Shown one piece after another: positions 41,960-52,212 of a stretch of DNA of 64,000 nucleotides. The notes beneath the pieces were generated by a model that had not been told where the DNA came from, searched no databases, and was given only the letters and a program-made list of their open reading frames with translations. The translations under genes and the position numbers were made by a program. Source of the stretch: an uncultured Candidatus Rokubacteria bacterium (GTDB taxonomy: Bacteria; Methylomirabilota; Methylomirabilia; Rokubacteriales; DASRDR01); NCBI GenBank assembly GCA_963826115.1, contig CAWGVS010000007.1, positions 1 through 64,000 of the forward strand, written 5' to 3'. Numbering within the stretch: position 1 is the stretch's first letter; every line of letters begins with the position of its first letter.

Positions 41960-43779
41960 GAGAGCCCGTCCTGGGCCTCGACGAGCGTGGCGAGGTCCGG
42001 CTGGAGCCGCCGCAGGACCTCGAGCTCGCCGCGCGCGCGCTCCCGGTCGCCGAGGGCGGCCCAGGCCCGGACGAGGCCGAGGCGCGGCGCCGGCGCCGCC
42101 GGCCGGTGCTGGGCCGCCACGCCAAAGTAGGCCACGAGCGCCGCCGGGGCGTAGAAGCGGCTCGCCCCGTCGATCACGCCCATCGCCTCTTCCAGCCGGC
42201 CGGCGGCGAGCAGCGCGCTCGCCAGCGAGAGCCGGAGCGCCATGTTCGGGGGGGTCAGCCCGAGCCCGGCGCGGTAGGCGGTGATCGCGGCCTCGCGCCG
42301 GCCGAGTCCCTCGAGCGCGAGCCCGAGGCTCCGATAGGTCTGGGCCCGGCCCGGCTGGAGCTCCAGCGCGCGGGTGAAGTGCTCGAGCGCGGCACCGGGC
42401 TCCCCCGCCTCGAGGAGCTCGTGCCCGAGGTTCAGCCAGCAGACCATGCAGTCGGGCGTCGCGCGGACCGCCTGGCGCCACAGGCTCACCGAGTCCCGCC
42501 ACGCCCGCGTCTGGTGCCACGTGAGGACGCCCAGGCCGATGGCCACGAGTACGATCGCGGCTCCGGTCGCGGCGGCGAGCCAGCGGAGCCCAGGCCGGCG
42601 CCGGGAGCGTTCGACGGCGACCGCCACACCGCCGCCGGCCAGCACCGCGAAGCCGAGGCAGGGCACGTAGCTGTACCGGTCGGCGGTCAGGTGATACCCG
42701 AGCGACAGGGCGCCGGCCACCGGCGCGAGCATGATCACGTAGGACGCCCAGGCGACGAGGACCCCGGGGCACCGGCGGCGGAGGAGCCACGCCACCGCCG
42801 TGACGAGGACGACGCCCGCGACGGCCCGCAGGACCGCGGGGTGACCCGGGCCGAGTCCCGGGGGCGCCTCGTAGATCGGCGACAGGTCGAGGGGCACCAG
42901 GAGCTTCACCGGGTAGAACCAGAGGCTCACCACGACGCGAGACAGGGCCTCGCGCCACGGCAGGAGCTGAACGGCCTCGAGGTCGCCCAGGAAGAAGTGG
43001 CGCGTGAGGAGCGCCTGCACGACGCTCAGGATCGCGTGCGGCGCCTTCTCGGCCGCGACTCGCGCGACTGCTCCGGCCGTCCACCGCCCCGAGGGACCGG
43101 GAAGGCGCCGGAGCGGATAGACGTCCAGCAGGAGGAGCACGAGCGGGGCCATGACGGTGATCGACTTGGACAGGAGCGCCGCCAGGTGGGCAACCACCGA
43201 GACGAGCAGGAGCCAGCGGCGACGCGCGCCGGTCGCGCCGGCGGCACGTACGTAGGCCAGCACCGTGAGGAGGAAGAACAGCCCGGAGAGGACGTCGCGC
43301 CGCTCCGTCGCCCACGCGACGGATTCGACCCGCAGAGGATGAAGGGCGAAGAAGAGCGCCGCCGCCGCGGCGCCCGCGCGGACGGCGCTCGGCGCGACCG
43401 GGCTGGCCCGGGTGATGAGGGTCCGCGCGACGCAGTAGAGAGTGACGGTCGCCGCGACGTGGATCAGGAGGCTCGTGAGATGGTAGCCGGCGGGATTCAT
43501 CCCCCAGACCACGTAGTCGGCGGCGAGCGTCAGCCAAGCCAGCGGGACGTAGTGCCCGTAGTGGCTCTCCGTTGCCATCCACCGGAGCTGCGCCCATCCG
43601 AGGCCGCGGTAGTGGGGATTGTCGACGAGATTCCGGGTGTCGTCCCACGCGACGAAGCCGTTTCCGAGGACGGGCAGGAAGGCCAGCACCGTGGCCGCGG
43701 CAAGGACGAGCGCCACCCACACGTCCGGCCCGATCGCGGGTCGCGCAGCGGACGAGCGTGCGGCCGCGGCCCCCTGCAT
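41956..43779 (-). CDS. TMTC-like GT-C membrane protein with C-terminal TPRs
   Basis: FVAWDD acidic motif, YHLTSLLIH, FALHPLRVESVAWATERRDVL, ADRYSYVP, WRDSVSLW, then TPRs. Confidence 0.82.
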   Translation of the reverse strand: MQGAAAARSSAARPAIGPDVWVALVLAAATVLAFLPVLGNGFVAWDDTRNLVDNPHYRGLGWAQLRWMATESHYGHYVPLAWLTLAADYVVWGMNPAGYHLTSLLIHVAATVTLYCVARTLITRASPVAPSAVRAGAAAAALFFALHPLRVESVAWATERRDVLSGLFFLLTVLAYVRAAGATGARRRWLLLVSVVAHLAALLSKSITVMAPLVLLLLDVYPLRRLPGPSGRWTAGAVARVAAEKAPHAILSVVQALLTRHFFLGDLEAVQLLPWREALSRVVVSLWFYPVKLLVPLDLSPIYEAPPGLGPGHPAVLRAVAGVVLVTAVAWLLRRRCPGVLVAWASYVIMLAPVAGALSLGYHLTADRYSYVPCLGFAVLAGGGVAVAVERSRRRPGLRWLAAATGAAIVLVAIGLGVLTWHQTRAWRDSVSLWRQAVRATPDCMVCWLNLGHELLEAGEPGAALEHFTRALELQPGRAQTYRSLGLALEGLGRREAAITAYRAGLGLTPPNMALRLSLASALLAAGRLEEAMGVIDGASRFYAPAALVAYFGVAAQHRPAAPAPRLGLVRAWAALGDRERARGELEVLRRLQPDLATLVEAQDGLS

Positions 43780-43846
43780 GTCAGCCCACTCTACCCCTCG
43801 GGGGCCGGGGTCCGAAGACCTCCGTCGCCCGGGGTGCCGACGTCCG

Positions 43847-45037
43847 TCAGCGCAGGTAGGAGTGCGAGAAGGCGCCGCCGTCGGCGTGCGGCTCTGCGGC
43901 GAACCGGTCCAGCCGGAAGTCCGCGAGGTCGGCCACGTCGGAGCGGCCCCGGGTGATGAGGTCGGCCATCATCCGGCCCACGGCCGGGGACAGCTTGAAA
44001 CCGTGACCCGACATCCCGGCGGCGACGTACAGGCCGCGGACCGGGGTCTGGTCCAGGATCGGCATCCAGTCGGGCGTGATGTCGAAGGCCCCGGCGTACC
44101 CGCGCTGGTAGCGCGCCTCCGCGAGGGCCGGGATGCAGCGGCTCGCCCGCTCCATGATCCGGGCGACCTCGTCGAAACCCACGTCGCCGCCGAGGGCCTC
44201 GGGGTCGAGCGGGTGGTTCGTCTCGTCCGCGTCGAGGAATCCGGTCAGCGTGAGACCACCGGTCTCGGGGCGGAGGAACGTCCCGCTCGAGAGGTCCAGG
44301 TACACCGGGTGGGGCCGCCCGAACTCCGGCGCGCGCTGGACGATGAACACGGGATGCCGCCCGACCATGATCGGGAGCGTCACCCCCGCCAGCGCCGCGA
44401 CCGCCGGCGACCAGAGGCCGGCGGCGTTCACCACCACCCGCGCCGCGATCCGGTCCCCGCCCGCGAGGCGGACGCCCTCGATCGCGCCTCGCGCGACCTC
44501 GAGGCCGACGACCTCGGTCCCCTGCTCGATGATGACGCCCCCGCGCGCGGCCGCGCGCGCGAAGCCCGCGGTCACGCCGGTCGGGTCGCCGTACCCCGAC
44601 TCCGGCTCCCAGACCGCCGCCCCCACGGCGAAGGGGTCGATCCGGGGATCGAGCTCGCGGATGTCGTCCGGGCCGATCAGCCGCGTGTCGATGCCGAGCC
44701 CGCGCTGGGCCTCCACCGTCCGCGCGAGCGCCCCGCGCTGCTCCGCCCCGACGGCCAGGAGCGCCCCGCACTGAACGTACCCCGCGTCGCCGCCGGTGAT
44801 CTCGCCGAAGCCCTGGAAGACCCGGAGCGAGTGGAGCACCATGCGGGAGCTCGCGTCGCTCGGATAGAGCTGGCGCATGACCCCCACCGACCGGCCGGTG
44901 CCCCCCGACGCCAGGAAGCGCCGCTCGAGGACGAGGACGTCCCGCACCCCGGCGCTCGCGAGGTGGAACGCGATCGAGCAGCCGGTCACCCCGCCGCCGA
45001 CGATCACGACGTCGGCGGTGCGCGTCGCGGGCGTCAC
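43847..45037 (-). CDS. FAD-dependent oxidoreductase (DAO/sarcosine oxidase beta family)
   Basis: IVGGGVTG, TPDWMPI, GMSGHGFKLSPAVG. Confidence 0.9.
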   Translation of the reverse strand: MTPATRTADVVIVGGGVTGCSIAFHLASAGVRDVLVLERRFLASGGTGRSVGVMRQLYPSDASSRMVLHSLRVFQGFGEITGGDAGYVQCGALLAVGAEQRGALARTVEAQRGLGIDTRLIGPDDIRELDPRIDPFAVGAAVWEPESGYGDPTGVTAGFARAAARGGVIIEQGTEVVGLEVARGAIEGVRLAGGDRIAARVVVNAAGLWSPAVAALAGVTLPIMVGRHPVFIVQRAPEFGRPHPVYLDLSSGTFLRPETGGLTLTGFLDADETNHPLDPEALGGDVGFDEVARIMERASRCIPALAEARYQRGYAGAFDITPDWMPILDQTPVRGLYVAAGMSGHGFKLSPAVGRMMADLITRGRSDVADLADFRLDRFAAEPHADGGAFSHSYLR

Positions 45038-45489
45038 GCGGGCCGCCGCTTGATCATGCGGGCGATCGTCGCCTCCATGACCGCCTCCCCGCGCTGGTTC
45101 GAGACGCGGTGCCGGAAGGTGACCACGCCCCGGTCGGGCTTCTTCGTCTCGCGCCGGTCGAGCACCTCGATTTCCACCGAGATCGTGTCGCCCGACAGGA
45201 CGGGGGCCAGGACGCGCACGTCGTAGGACAGGAGGGCCAGCCCGGTCCCGTGGAGGATCCCCGTCTGGAGCGTCAGGCCCTCGGCGAGGGCGAAGGTGAG
45301 GACGCCCGGCGCCACGCGCGTCCCGAACACGCTCTCGCGCCGGATGTACTCGAGATCCATGAAGAGGGGCTCGGTGAAGCCGGTCAGCGTGACGAACTGG
45401 AGGATCTCGAAGTCCGAGACGGTCCGCCCGAGCGTTCGGTAGCGGTCGCCGACCCGGAACTCCTCGAAGTGGACGGCGGTGGCCGCCAC
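45034..45489 (-). CDS. MaoC-family dehydratase (hotdog fold)
   Basis: FEEFRVGD, GRTVS, APVLSGDTI, NQRGE. Confidence 0.85.
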   Translation of the reverse strand: MAATAVHFEEFRVGDRYRTLGRTVSDFEILQFVTLTGFTEPLFMDLEYIRRESVFGTRVAPGVLTFALAEGLTLQTGILHGTGLALLSYDVRVLAPVLSGDTISVEIEVLDRRETKKPDRGVVTFRHRVSNQRGEAVMEATIARMIKRRPA

Positions 45490-45495
45490 GCGGAG

Positions 45496-46215
45496 CTACT
45501 TCTCTCCGAGATACGCCTTGCGCACGACGTCCGAGCGCAGCAGCCCCGACCCGGTGTCGGTGAGCACGATGCGGCCCGTCTGGATGACGTAGCCGCGGTG
45601 CGCCACCCGGAGGGCCATCCGGGCGTTCTGCTCCACGAGGAGGATGGTCGTGCCCTGGGCGTTGATGTCCCGGACGATCCCGAAAATGGTCTCCACCAGG
45701 ATGGGCGACAGGCCCATCGACGGCTCGTCGAGCAGCAGCAGGCTCGGGCGCGCCATCAGGGCGCGGCCCATGGCGAGCATCTGCTGCTCGCCGCCAGACA
45801 GCGTCCCGCCCTTCTGCTGCAGGCGCTCCCGCAAGCGCGGGAACAGCGCCAGCACGCGCTCGAGGTCCTCGGGGATGTTCGCCCGGTCCTTCCGCGAGAA
45901 GGCGCCGAGCTCGAGGTTCTCGTAGACGGTCATCCGGGGGAAGATCCGCCGGCCCTCCGGCGACTGGGCGATCCCCAGTCGCACGATCCGGTCCGTCGAC
46001 AGCGCGTCGATCCGCCGGCCGTCGAAGGTGACGGCGCCGCGAAGCGGCCGCACGTTGCCGATGACCGTCTTGAGCGTGGTCGTCTTCCCGGCGCCGTTGG
46101 ACCCGATCAGCGTGACGATCTCGCCCCGGTTGACGGTCAGCGAGACGCCCTTCAGCGCGCGGATGCTCCCGTAGTAGGTGTGGATGTCGGCGACGTCGAG
46201 CAGCGCGCCGCTCAT
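45496..46215 (-). CDS. livF: Branched-chain amino acid ABC ATPase
   Basis: GSNGAGKT, LSGGEQQM, LLLDEPSMGL. Confidence 0.93.
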   Translation of the reverse strand: MSGALLDVADIHTYYGSIRALKGVSLTVNRGEIVTLIGSNGAGKTTTLKTVIGNVRPLRGAVTFDGRRIDALSTDRIVRLGIAQSPEGRRIFPRMTVYENLELGAFSRKDRANIPEDLERVLALFPRLRERLQQKGGTLSGGEQQMLAMGRALMARPSLLLLDEPSMGLSPILVETIFGIVRDINAQGTTILLVEQNARMALRVAHRGYVIQTGRIVLTDTGSGLLRSDVVRKAYLGEK

Positions 46216-48182
46216 GCCGTGGCCAGCTCCTGCTCGTAGCCCTTGCCGAGGTACGCCTCGATGACCTTGGAGTCGCGCTGGACCTCCGCGGGCGTCCCTT
46301 CGGAGATCCGCGTCCCGTAGTCGAGGACGGTGATGCGGTCCGAGATGCCCATCACCACTTCCATGTGGTGCTCGATGAGGAGGACCGACAGGCCGAGCTC
46401 GCGCCGCAGCATGTCGATGAACTGGGTCAGGACCTCGGTCTCACGCGGATTCATGCCGGCCGTCGGCTCGTCCAGCAGCAGGAGCTTCGGCTCGGTGGCG
46501 AGGGCCCGCGCGATCTCCAGCCGGCGCTGATCGCCGTACGGGAGATTCTTCGCGAGCTCCTGGTCCTTGCCGCCGAGCCCGACGAACTGGATGAGCTCGA
46601 GGGCGCGGGCGCGGGCGCGCTGCTCTTCGGCGCGCACGCGCGGAGGCCGGAAGACCGCCCCGGCCACCGACGCGGACAGCCGCGAGTGCTCCCCGACCAG
46701 GATGTTGTCCAGGATGCTCATGTTCTGGAAGAGCCGAATCGACTGGAAGGTCCGGGCGATGCCGCGGCCCACGATCGCGTTGGGTCGGCGGCCCACGATG
46801 CTCTGGCCCTCGAAGAGGATCTGGCCCTGGTCCGGCTCCAGGAGGCCCGTCACCACGTTGAAGAAGGTGGTCTTGCCGGCGCCGTTCGGACCGATCAGGC
46901 CCACGATCGAGCGCGGCGGGATGACCAGGTCGACCTGGTTCACGGCCACCAGGCCGCCGAACGCCTTCGTCACGCCGCGGGCCTCGAGCAGCGCGCGGCC
47001 GCCGGTCTCGCGGGACGCCGACGCGGACCGGAGCCACGCCGGGATGCTGTCGGCCCGCGGCACCTGGGGCGCCGCGGCCAGGAGGCCGGCCTCCTCGCCC
47101 TCGTCCACGTCGACGGCCGCCGGCTTCACCCGGCGCCCTACGAGCCCTTCGGGCTTGAACAGCATGGTGAGCGCGAGCCCGAGCCCGAAGAAGAACCAGC
47201 GCCAGAGCGTGAGGTCCACGGCCTGGAGCGCGCCGATGCCGGTCTGGAAGCCGACCCACCGGACGAGGTGCGTCATCTGGGACAGGAGGAGGCGATCGAA
47301 GAGCGTGATCAGCATCCCGCCCAGGATCACGCCCTTGAGGCTGCCCATGCCGCCCAGCACGACCATGCAGAGGAGCATGATCGAGACGTTGAACTCGAAG
47401 GCGCCGGGCGTGATGGCCTGGAGCTTCGCGGCGTAGAAGGAGCCGGCGAATCCCGAGAAGCACGCGCCGAGGGCGAAGGCGAGGAGCTTCGTCTTGATGG
47501 GGTCGACCCCCATGCAGTCCGCCGCCGTCTCGTCCTCGCGGATGGCCATCCACGCGCGTCCCAGCCGGGAGTCGCGCATCCGGTTCATCGCCCACAGGGA
47601 CGCGGCGCCGATGACCAGGATGAGGAAGTACCAGGGGATCGCGCTGTTGTCGAAGTCCACGCCAGGCAGCCATGGCCGCCCGATCGGGTTGATGCCGTTC
47701 TCCCCGCCGGTCAGGTTCAGGCGCTGGACGGGCTTCCAGCTCCCGATCTCGATGTTCACGTCCCCGAGGTTCCGGATGAAGACCGGGATGATCTCCCCGA
47801 AGCCCAGCGTGATGATCGCCAGGTAGTCCCCGCGGACCCTGAGGGTCGGGGCGCCGATGACCAGCCCGAGGAGCGCCGAGATCAGGGCCGAGAACCAGAT
47901 GACGACCCAGAAGCTCCACCGGTGCCCGTAGAGCGGGGACCCGAGGGCCGGGGAGTTGAGGATGCCCATCCCGTAGGCCCCGATCGCGAAGAACGCCGCG
48001 TAGCCCAGATCGAGCAGGCCCGCGTAGCCGATGACGATGTTGAGGCCGAGTGCCAGCAGCACGTAGATCATGCCGTCGGTGACGGCGTACACCGTCTGCG
48101 CCTGGAGCGCGTGGTCCACGAACGGATACGCGAGCAGGACCGACACCAGCAGCGCGAGCGAGACGACCTGCCGTCCGTTCAT
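46212..48182 (-). CDS. LivM permease fused to LivG ATPase
   Basis: GLLDLGYAAFF and RGDYLAIITLGFGE permease motifs, then GPNGAGKT, LPYGDQRRLE, DEPTAG. Confidence 0.92.
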   Translation of the reverse strand: MNGRQVVSLALLVSVLLAYPFVDHALQAQTVYAVTDGMIYVLLALGLNIVIGYAGLLDLGYAAFFAIGAYGMGILNSPALGSPLYGHRWSFWVVIWFSALISALLGLVIGAPTLRVRGDYLAIITLGFGEIIPVFIRNLGDVNIEIGSWKPVQRLNLTGGENGINPIGRPWLPGVDFDNSAIPWYFLILVIGAASLWAMNRMRDSRLGRAWMAIREDETAADCMGVDPIKTKLLAFALGACFSGFAGSFYAAKLQAITPGAFEFNVSIMLLCMVVLGGMGSLKGVILGGMLITLFDRLLLSQMTHLVRWVGFQTGIGALQAVDLTLWRWFFFGLGLALTMLFKPEGLVGRRVKPAAVDVDEGEEAGLLAAAPQVPRADSIPAWLRSASASRETGGRALLEARGVTKAFGGLVAVNQVDLVIPPRSIVGLIGPNGAGKTTFFNVVTGLLEPDQGQILFEGQSIVGRRPNAIVGRGIARTFQSIRLFQNMSILDNILVGEHSRLSASVAGAVFRPPRVRAEEQRARARALELIQFVGLGGKDQELAKNLPYGDQRRLEIARALATEPKLLLLDEPTAGMNPRETEVLTQFIDMLRRELGLSVLLIEHHMEVVMGISDRITVLDYGTRISEGTPAEVQRDSKVIEAYLGKGYEQELATA

Positions 48183-48192
48183 GCGCCCGGGC

Positions 48193-49131
48193 TCACACCT
48201 TGTCCACGGTGCGCTCGCCGAGGAGTCCGTGCGGTCGGAAGACGAGCACCAGGATCAGGATCGTGAAGACGACGGCGTTGGTCCAGCGCGCGGAGATGTA
48301 CTGATCGCTCCACGCCGACAGGAACCCGATGACCAGGCCGCCGAGGGCGGCTCCCGGCATGTTGCCGATGCCGCCGAGCACGGCGGCGGTGAACGCCCGG
48401 AGGCCGGCCTGGTAGCCGACGTACCACTGGCCGATGTTGTAGTACATCCCCTGGATGATGCCGGCCGCCCCCGCCAGCGCCCCGCCGATGAAGAACGTCA
48501 GGATGATCGTCCTCTCGACGTTGATCCCCATCGCCTGGGCAGTCTCCCGGTCCTGGGCGGTGGCCCGCATCGCCTTCCCCCAGGTCGTGCGCGTCACGAA
48601 GAACTGGAGCGCCAGCATCAGGGGAATCGTCGCGCCGATGACGAGCAGGTCCTTGGTCGTCAGGAAGATCTTCGAGTTCCAGCCCAGCCACTCGTAGAGG
48701 ATGTCCACCGACGGGAAGATGTCCGGGTACGAGAACGGGGCCGGCCCCTTCCAGACCAGGGCGATGTTCTCCAGCATGAACGAGACGCCGATGGCGGTGA
48801 TCAGCGGCGCCAGGCGCGTGGACCGGCGCAGCGGACGGTAGGCGAGCCGGTCGATGGTCACGTTGATGGCCGCCGTCGTCACCATGGTGGCAAGGAACAC
48901 GAGCGGCAGGATGGTGACCAGCTCCCAGCCGTGGAGCGTCCGCCCCATGCCGAGGAGGGTGAAGTAGCTGAGCGAGATGACCAGGCCGAGCATGAACACG
49001 TCGCCGTGCGCGAAGTTGATCAGCTCGATGATGCCGTACACCATGGTGTAGCCCATCGCGACCAGCGCGAAGACGGACCCCCGCGTCAGTCCGTTGATGC
49101 TCTGCTGGACGAGGACTTCCCACCAATTCAT
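48193..49131 (-). CDS. livH: Branched-chain amino acid ABC permease
   Basis: GYTMVYGIIELINFAHGD, AFTAAVLGGIGN. Confidence 0.93.
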   Translation of the reverse strand: MNWWEVLVQQSINGLTRGSVFALVAMGYTMVYGIIELINFAHGDVFMLGLVISLSYFTLLGMGRTLHGWELVTILPLVFLATMVTTAAINVTIDRLAYRPLRRSTRLAPLITAIGVSFMLENIALVWKGPAPFSYPDIFPSVDILYEWLGWNSKIFLTTKDLLVIGATIPLMLALQFFVTRTTWGKAMRATAQDRETAQAMGINVERTIILTFFIGGALAGAAGIIQGMYYNIGQWYVGYQAGLRAFTAAVLGGIGNMPGAALGGLVIGFLSAWSDQYISARWTNAVVFTILILVLVFRPHGLLGERTVDKV

Positions 49132-49198
49132 GCGTGCGGACGATCTGGGGGATCAGGCGGGAGAGCCGGCGCGCGGCCGGCCCTCCCGCGCCAATCGC

Positions 49199-50467
49199 CT
49201 ATTCGAGGATGGACTCGAAGCCGAACGTGCAGCCGGGCTCCTTGTCGCTCTTCACGACCTTGAACCCGGACATGGTCTCGAGCGTGGTGTCGCCGTTCTC
49301 GTCGAAGCTGAACTTGCCGTTCAGCCCGTCGAAGTTCTTGAGCCCGGCGATCGCCTTCCGGACGGCCTCGCGCTTCGCCATCGGGTTGGCGCCCTTCTCG
49401 ATGTCCGCAGCGGCCCGCTTGATCCCGTCGATGGCGATCCGGGCCGCCTCCGCCGAGTAGAGCGCGTAGCCGGTCGGCTCCTTGCCGTACTTCTTCTTGT
49501 AGTTCTCGTAGGTCGAGGCGCCCACGCCCTTCATCTTCTCGAAGGGCAGGCTCGCGAACGTGATCCGCATCTCGGTCCCGAGCGCGGCGTCACAGGTCCC
49601 CGCCTTCAGCACTTCCTCCTCGTAGAGGCCGTCGGGGCCGATGAGGCGAACGCCACGCGCCGCGACGAGACCCAGGTCCTTCATCTGGCGCAGGACGATC
49701 GGAGCACCCGTGTCGACGACGCCCGCCAGGTACACCATGTCGGCGCCGGAGGCGCGCACCTTGGTCAGCAGCGGCTTCTGGTCGGGCTGCTTGTAGTCCA
49801 TGCCCTCGTTCGCCGCGACCTGGAGGCCGATCTTCTTGGCGGCCGCCTCGAACACGTCGGCGATGCCCTTCCCGTAGAGCTCCTGGTCGTTGATGATGTA
49901 GACCTTCTTCGCACCCAGGAGCTTGGCCCACTTGGCGCCCACGGTGCCCTGAACGTCATCCGGCGGTGGGACCCGGAAGTAGTTGACGAAGCCCATGGGC
50001 CGGTAGATCTCCGGCTCGCCGGGGGCGGCGCCGTTCTTCCGGGTGAGGCCGGGATACGTGTTCGCCGGCGTGATCTGGGCCATGTGCGCGCGGTTGTTGA
50101 TCGGGATCGACACCTTCGCCGCGCCGGAATTGTAGGTCCCGATGTAGACGATCGCCAGCGGGTCGGCGACAGCCTTGTTCGCGTTCTCCGCCTCGACCGC
50201 GCCGTCCCACTTACCGGTCTGGGGCGAGGCGTCGTCGAGGTTCACCACCTCGAGGCAATAGCCACCGACCACGCCGCCGGCCTCGGCGACGGCCATGTCG
50301 ACGCCGTTCTTCATGCCGGTGCCCTCGGCGAGCATCGCGCCCTGCATCGGCCACGACGTGTAGATGCGGAGCTTGCCCTTCGGGCACTGCTGCGCGTCGG
50401 CGGGAGCGGCGAGCGCCATGACAAGCGCCGCCATGCCGGCCATTCCCATCCACTTCCATCCTCGCAT
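49199..50467 (-). CDS. Branched-chain amino acid ABC substrate-binding protein
   Basis: Signal peptide, IGTYNSGAA, SFDENGDT; RBS AAGGAGG; heads the liv operon. Confidence 0.9.
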   Translation of the reverse strand: MRGWKWMGMAGMAALVMALAAPADAQQCPKGKLRIYTSWPMQGAMLAEGTGMKNGVDMAVAEAGGVVGGYCLEVVNLDDASPQTGKWDGAVEAENANKAVADPLAIVYIGTYNSGAAKVSIPINNRAHMAQITPANTYPGLTRKNGAAPGEPEIYRPMGFVNYFRVPPPDDVQGTVGAKWAKLLGAKKVYIINDQELYGKGIADVFEAAAKKIGLQVAANEGMDYKQPDQKPLLTKVRASGADMVYLAGVVDTGAPIVLRQMKDLGLVAARGVRLIGPDGLYEEEVLKAGTCDAALGTEMRITFASLPFEKMKGVGASTYENYKKKYGKEPTGYALYSAEAARIAIDGIKRAAADIEKGANPMAKREAVRKAIAGLKNFDGLNGKFSFDENGDTTLETMSGFKVVKSDKEPGCTFGFESILE

Positions 50468-50620
50468 TACCGACCTCCTTGTCGTGCTGCTGTGACGTGG
50501 ATCACGACTGAGCTGCGTGAGTCGGGTTCGTGCGGCCCGGCTCTCCTCGGACCAGCTTTCCTGGCTGCTCGGACCTGTCCGTACCTGGGCGTCGTTGCCC
50601 CAGAAAACGAGTGGGTCCGT

Positions 50621-50650
50621 ACGCTACTATGGCCCTCCGGCGGGTGTCAA
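50621..50650 (-). promoter_or_regulatory. sigma70 promoter of the liv operon
   Basis: TTGACA-18 bp-TAGCGT. Confidence 0.5.
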
Positions 50651-50853
50651 GGTGACGCCCGTCGCGGCGGGCCTGGCCTCGCCCCGGGACGGCGCGGCGG
50701 CGACCTGGCCGAGGACCCGGTTCTGCCGCCAGCGGTCCGGATCCGCGCTCGCCACCGGGAGCACGAAGTACGGCGCCCTCGCGCGGTCGCCCCGGGCGTC
50801 GACCTCGCCGGTCACCCCGCGGTGCTTCGTCCGTCGGCCGGCGGGCCGGCCGC

Positions 50854-52188
50854 TCAGAGTCCCGACTCGAGGAACGTCGTGGAATAGTCCCCGGCGACGA
50901 AGCGCGGGTCCACCAGGAGGCGGGCGTGGAGGGGCAGCGTCGTCTTGATGCCCTCGACGATGTACTCCGCCACCGCCCGCCGCATCCGCGCCAGCGCCTC
51001 GGTCCGGTCCGCGCCGTGGGCGATGACCTTCGCCACCAGGGAGTCGTAGTGCGCCGGCACGGTGTAGCCCGCGAAGCAGTGGCTGTCCACGCGCACGCCC
51101 GGCCCGCCCGGCGCCACGTACGCCGTGACGCGGCCCGGGCTCGGCGTGAAGCTGACCGGATCCTCCGCCGTCACGCGGCACTCGATGGCGTGGCCCGCGA
51201 AGCGCACGTCCTCCTGCCGGATCCCGAGCGGCTCCCCCGCCGCGATCAGGATCTGAGCGCGGACCAGGTCGATGCCGGTGACCATCTCGGTCACGGGGTG
51301 CTCGACCTGGATGCGCGTGTTGACCTCCAGGAAGTAGAAGCGCCCGTGCCGGTCGAGCAGGAACTCGACGGTGCCCGCGTTCTCGTAGCCCGCCGCCCGG
51401 CAGAGCCGCAGGGCCGCGCCGGTCAGCTCCCGGCGGACGTCCGGCGTCATCGTCGGACACGGCGACTCTTCCAGGAGCTTCTGGTGCCGGCGCTGGATCG
51501 AGCAGTCGCGCTCGCCCAGGTGGATCATCTGCCCGTGGCCGTCGGCGAGGACCTGCACCTCGACGTGGCGGGCGCCCTCCACGTACTTCTCGACGTAGAC
51601 CTCGGAGGACCCGAACGCGGCCGCCGCCTCGCTCTGGCAGGTGCGCACCGCCGACGCGAGCGCATCCGCGTCCCACACGATGCGGATGCCGCGCCCGCCC
51701 CCGCCCATCGAGGCCTTCAGGAGCACCGGGTACCCCAGCGTCTCCGCCACGCTCTGCGCTTCCCCTTCGTCGCGCACCGCGCCGTCGCTGCCGGCGAGGA
51801 GCGGCACGTCGGCCTTGCGGGCCAGCTCGCGCGCGCGGACCTTGTCGCCCAGGAGGCGGATCACCTCCGGGCTCGGCCCGATGAAGCGGACGTTGCACGC
51901 ACGGCAGATCTCGGCAAACGTCGCGTTCTCCGCGAGGAAGCCGTACCCCGGATGGATCGCCTCCGCGTCGGTCACCTCGGCCGCCGCGATGAGCCGGGGG
52001 ATGTTGAGGTAGCTCTGGGCGCTGTCCTCGGGACCGATGCAGATGCTCTCATCCGCGAGCCGGACGGGAAGCGATCCGGTGTCCGCCGTCGAGTGGGCCA
52101 CGACCGACCGGATACCCATCTCACGGCACGCGCGCAGGACTCGCAGCGCGATCTCACCGCGGTTGGCGATCAGGATCTTTCCGAACAT
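50854..52188 (-). CDS. accC: Biotin carboxylase
   Basis: LIANRGEIA, HPGYGFLAEN, RDCSIQRRHQK, EVNTRIQVEHPVTE. Confidence 0.97.
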   Translation of the reverse strand: MFGKILIANRGEIALRVLRACREMGIRSVVAHSTADTGSLPVRLADESICIGPEDSAQSYLNIPRLIAAAEVTDAEAIHPGYGFLAENATFAEICRACNVRFIGPSPEVIRLLGDKVRARELARKADVPLLAGSDGAVRDEGEAQSVAETLGYPVLLKASMGGGGRGIRIVWDADALASAVRTCQSEAAAAFGSSEVYVEKYVEGARHVEVQVLADGHGQMIHLGERDCSIQRRHQKLLEESPCPTMTPDVRRELTGAALRLCRAAGYENAGTVEFLLDRHGRFYFLEVNTRIQVEHPVTEMVTGIDLVRAQILIAAGEPLGIRQEDVRFAGHAIECRVTAEDPVSFTPSPGRVTAYVAPGGPGVRVDSHCFAGYTVPAHYDSLVAKVIAHGADRTEALARMRRAVAEYIVEGIKTTLPLHARLLVDPRFVAGDYSTTFLESGL

Positions 52189-52212
52189 GGGCTCCTCAGC
52201 GCCGTCCCCGCA

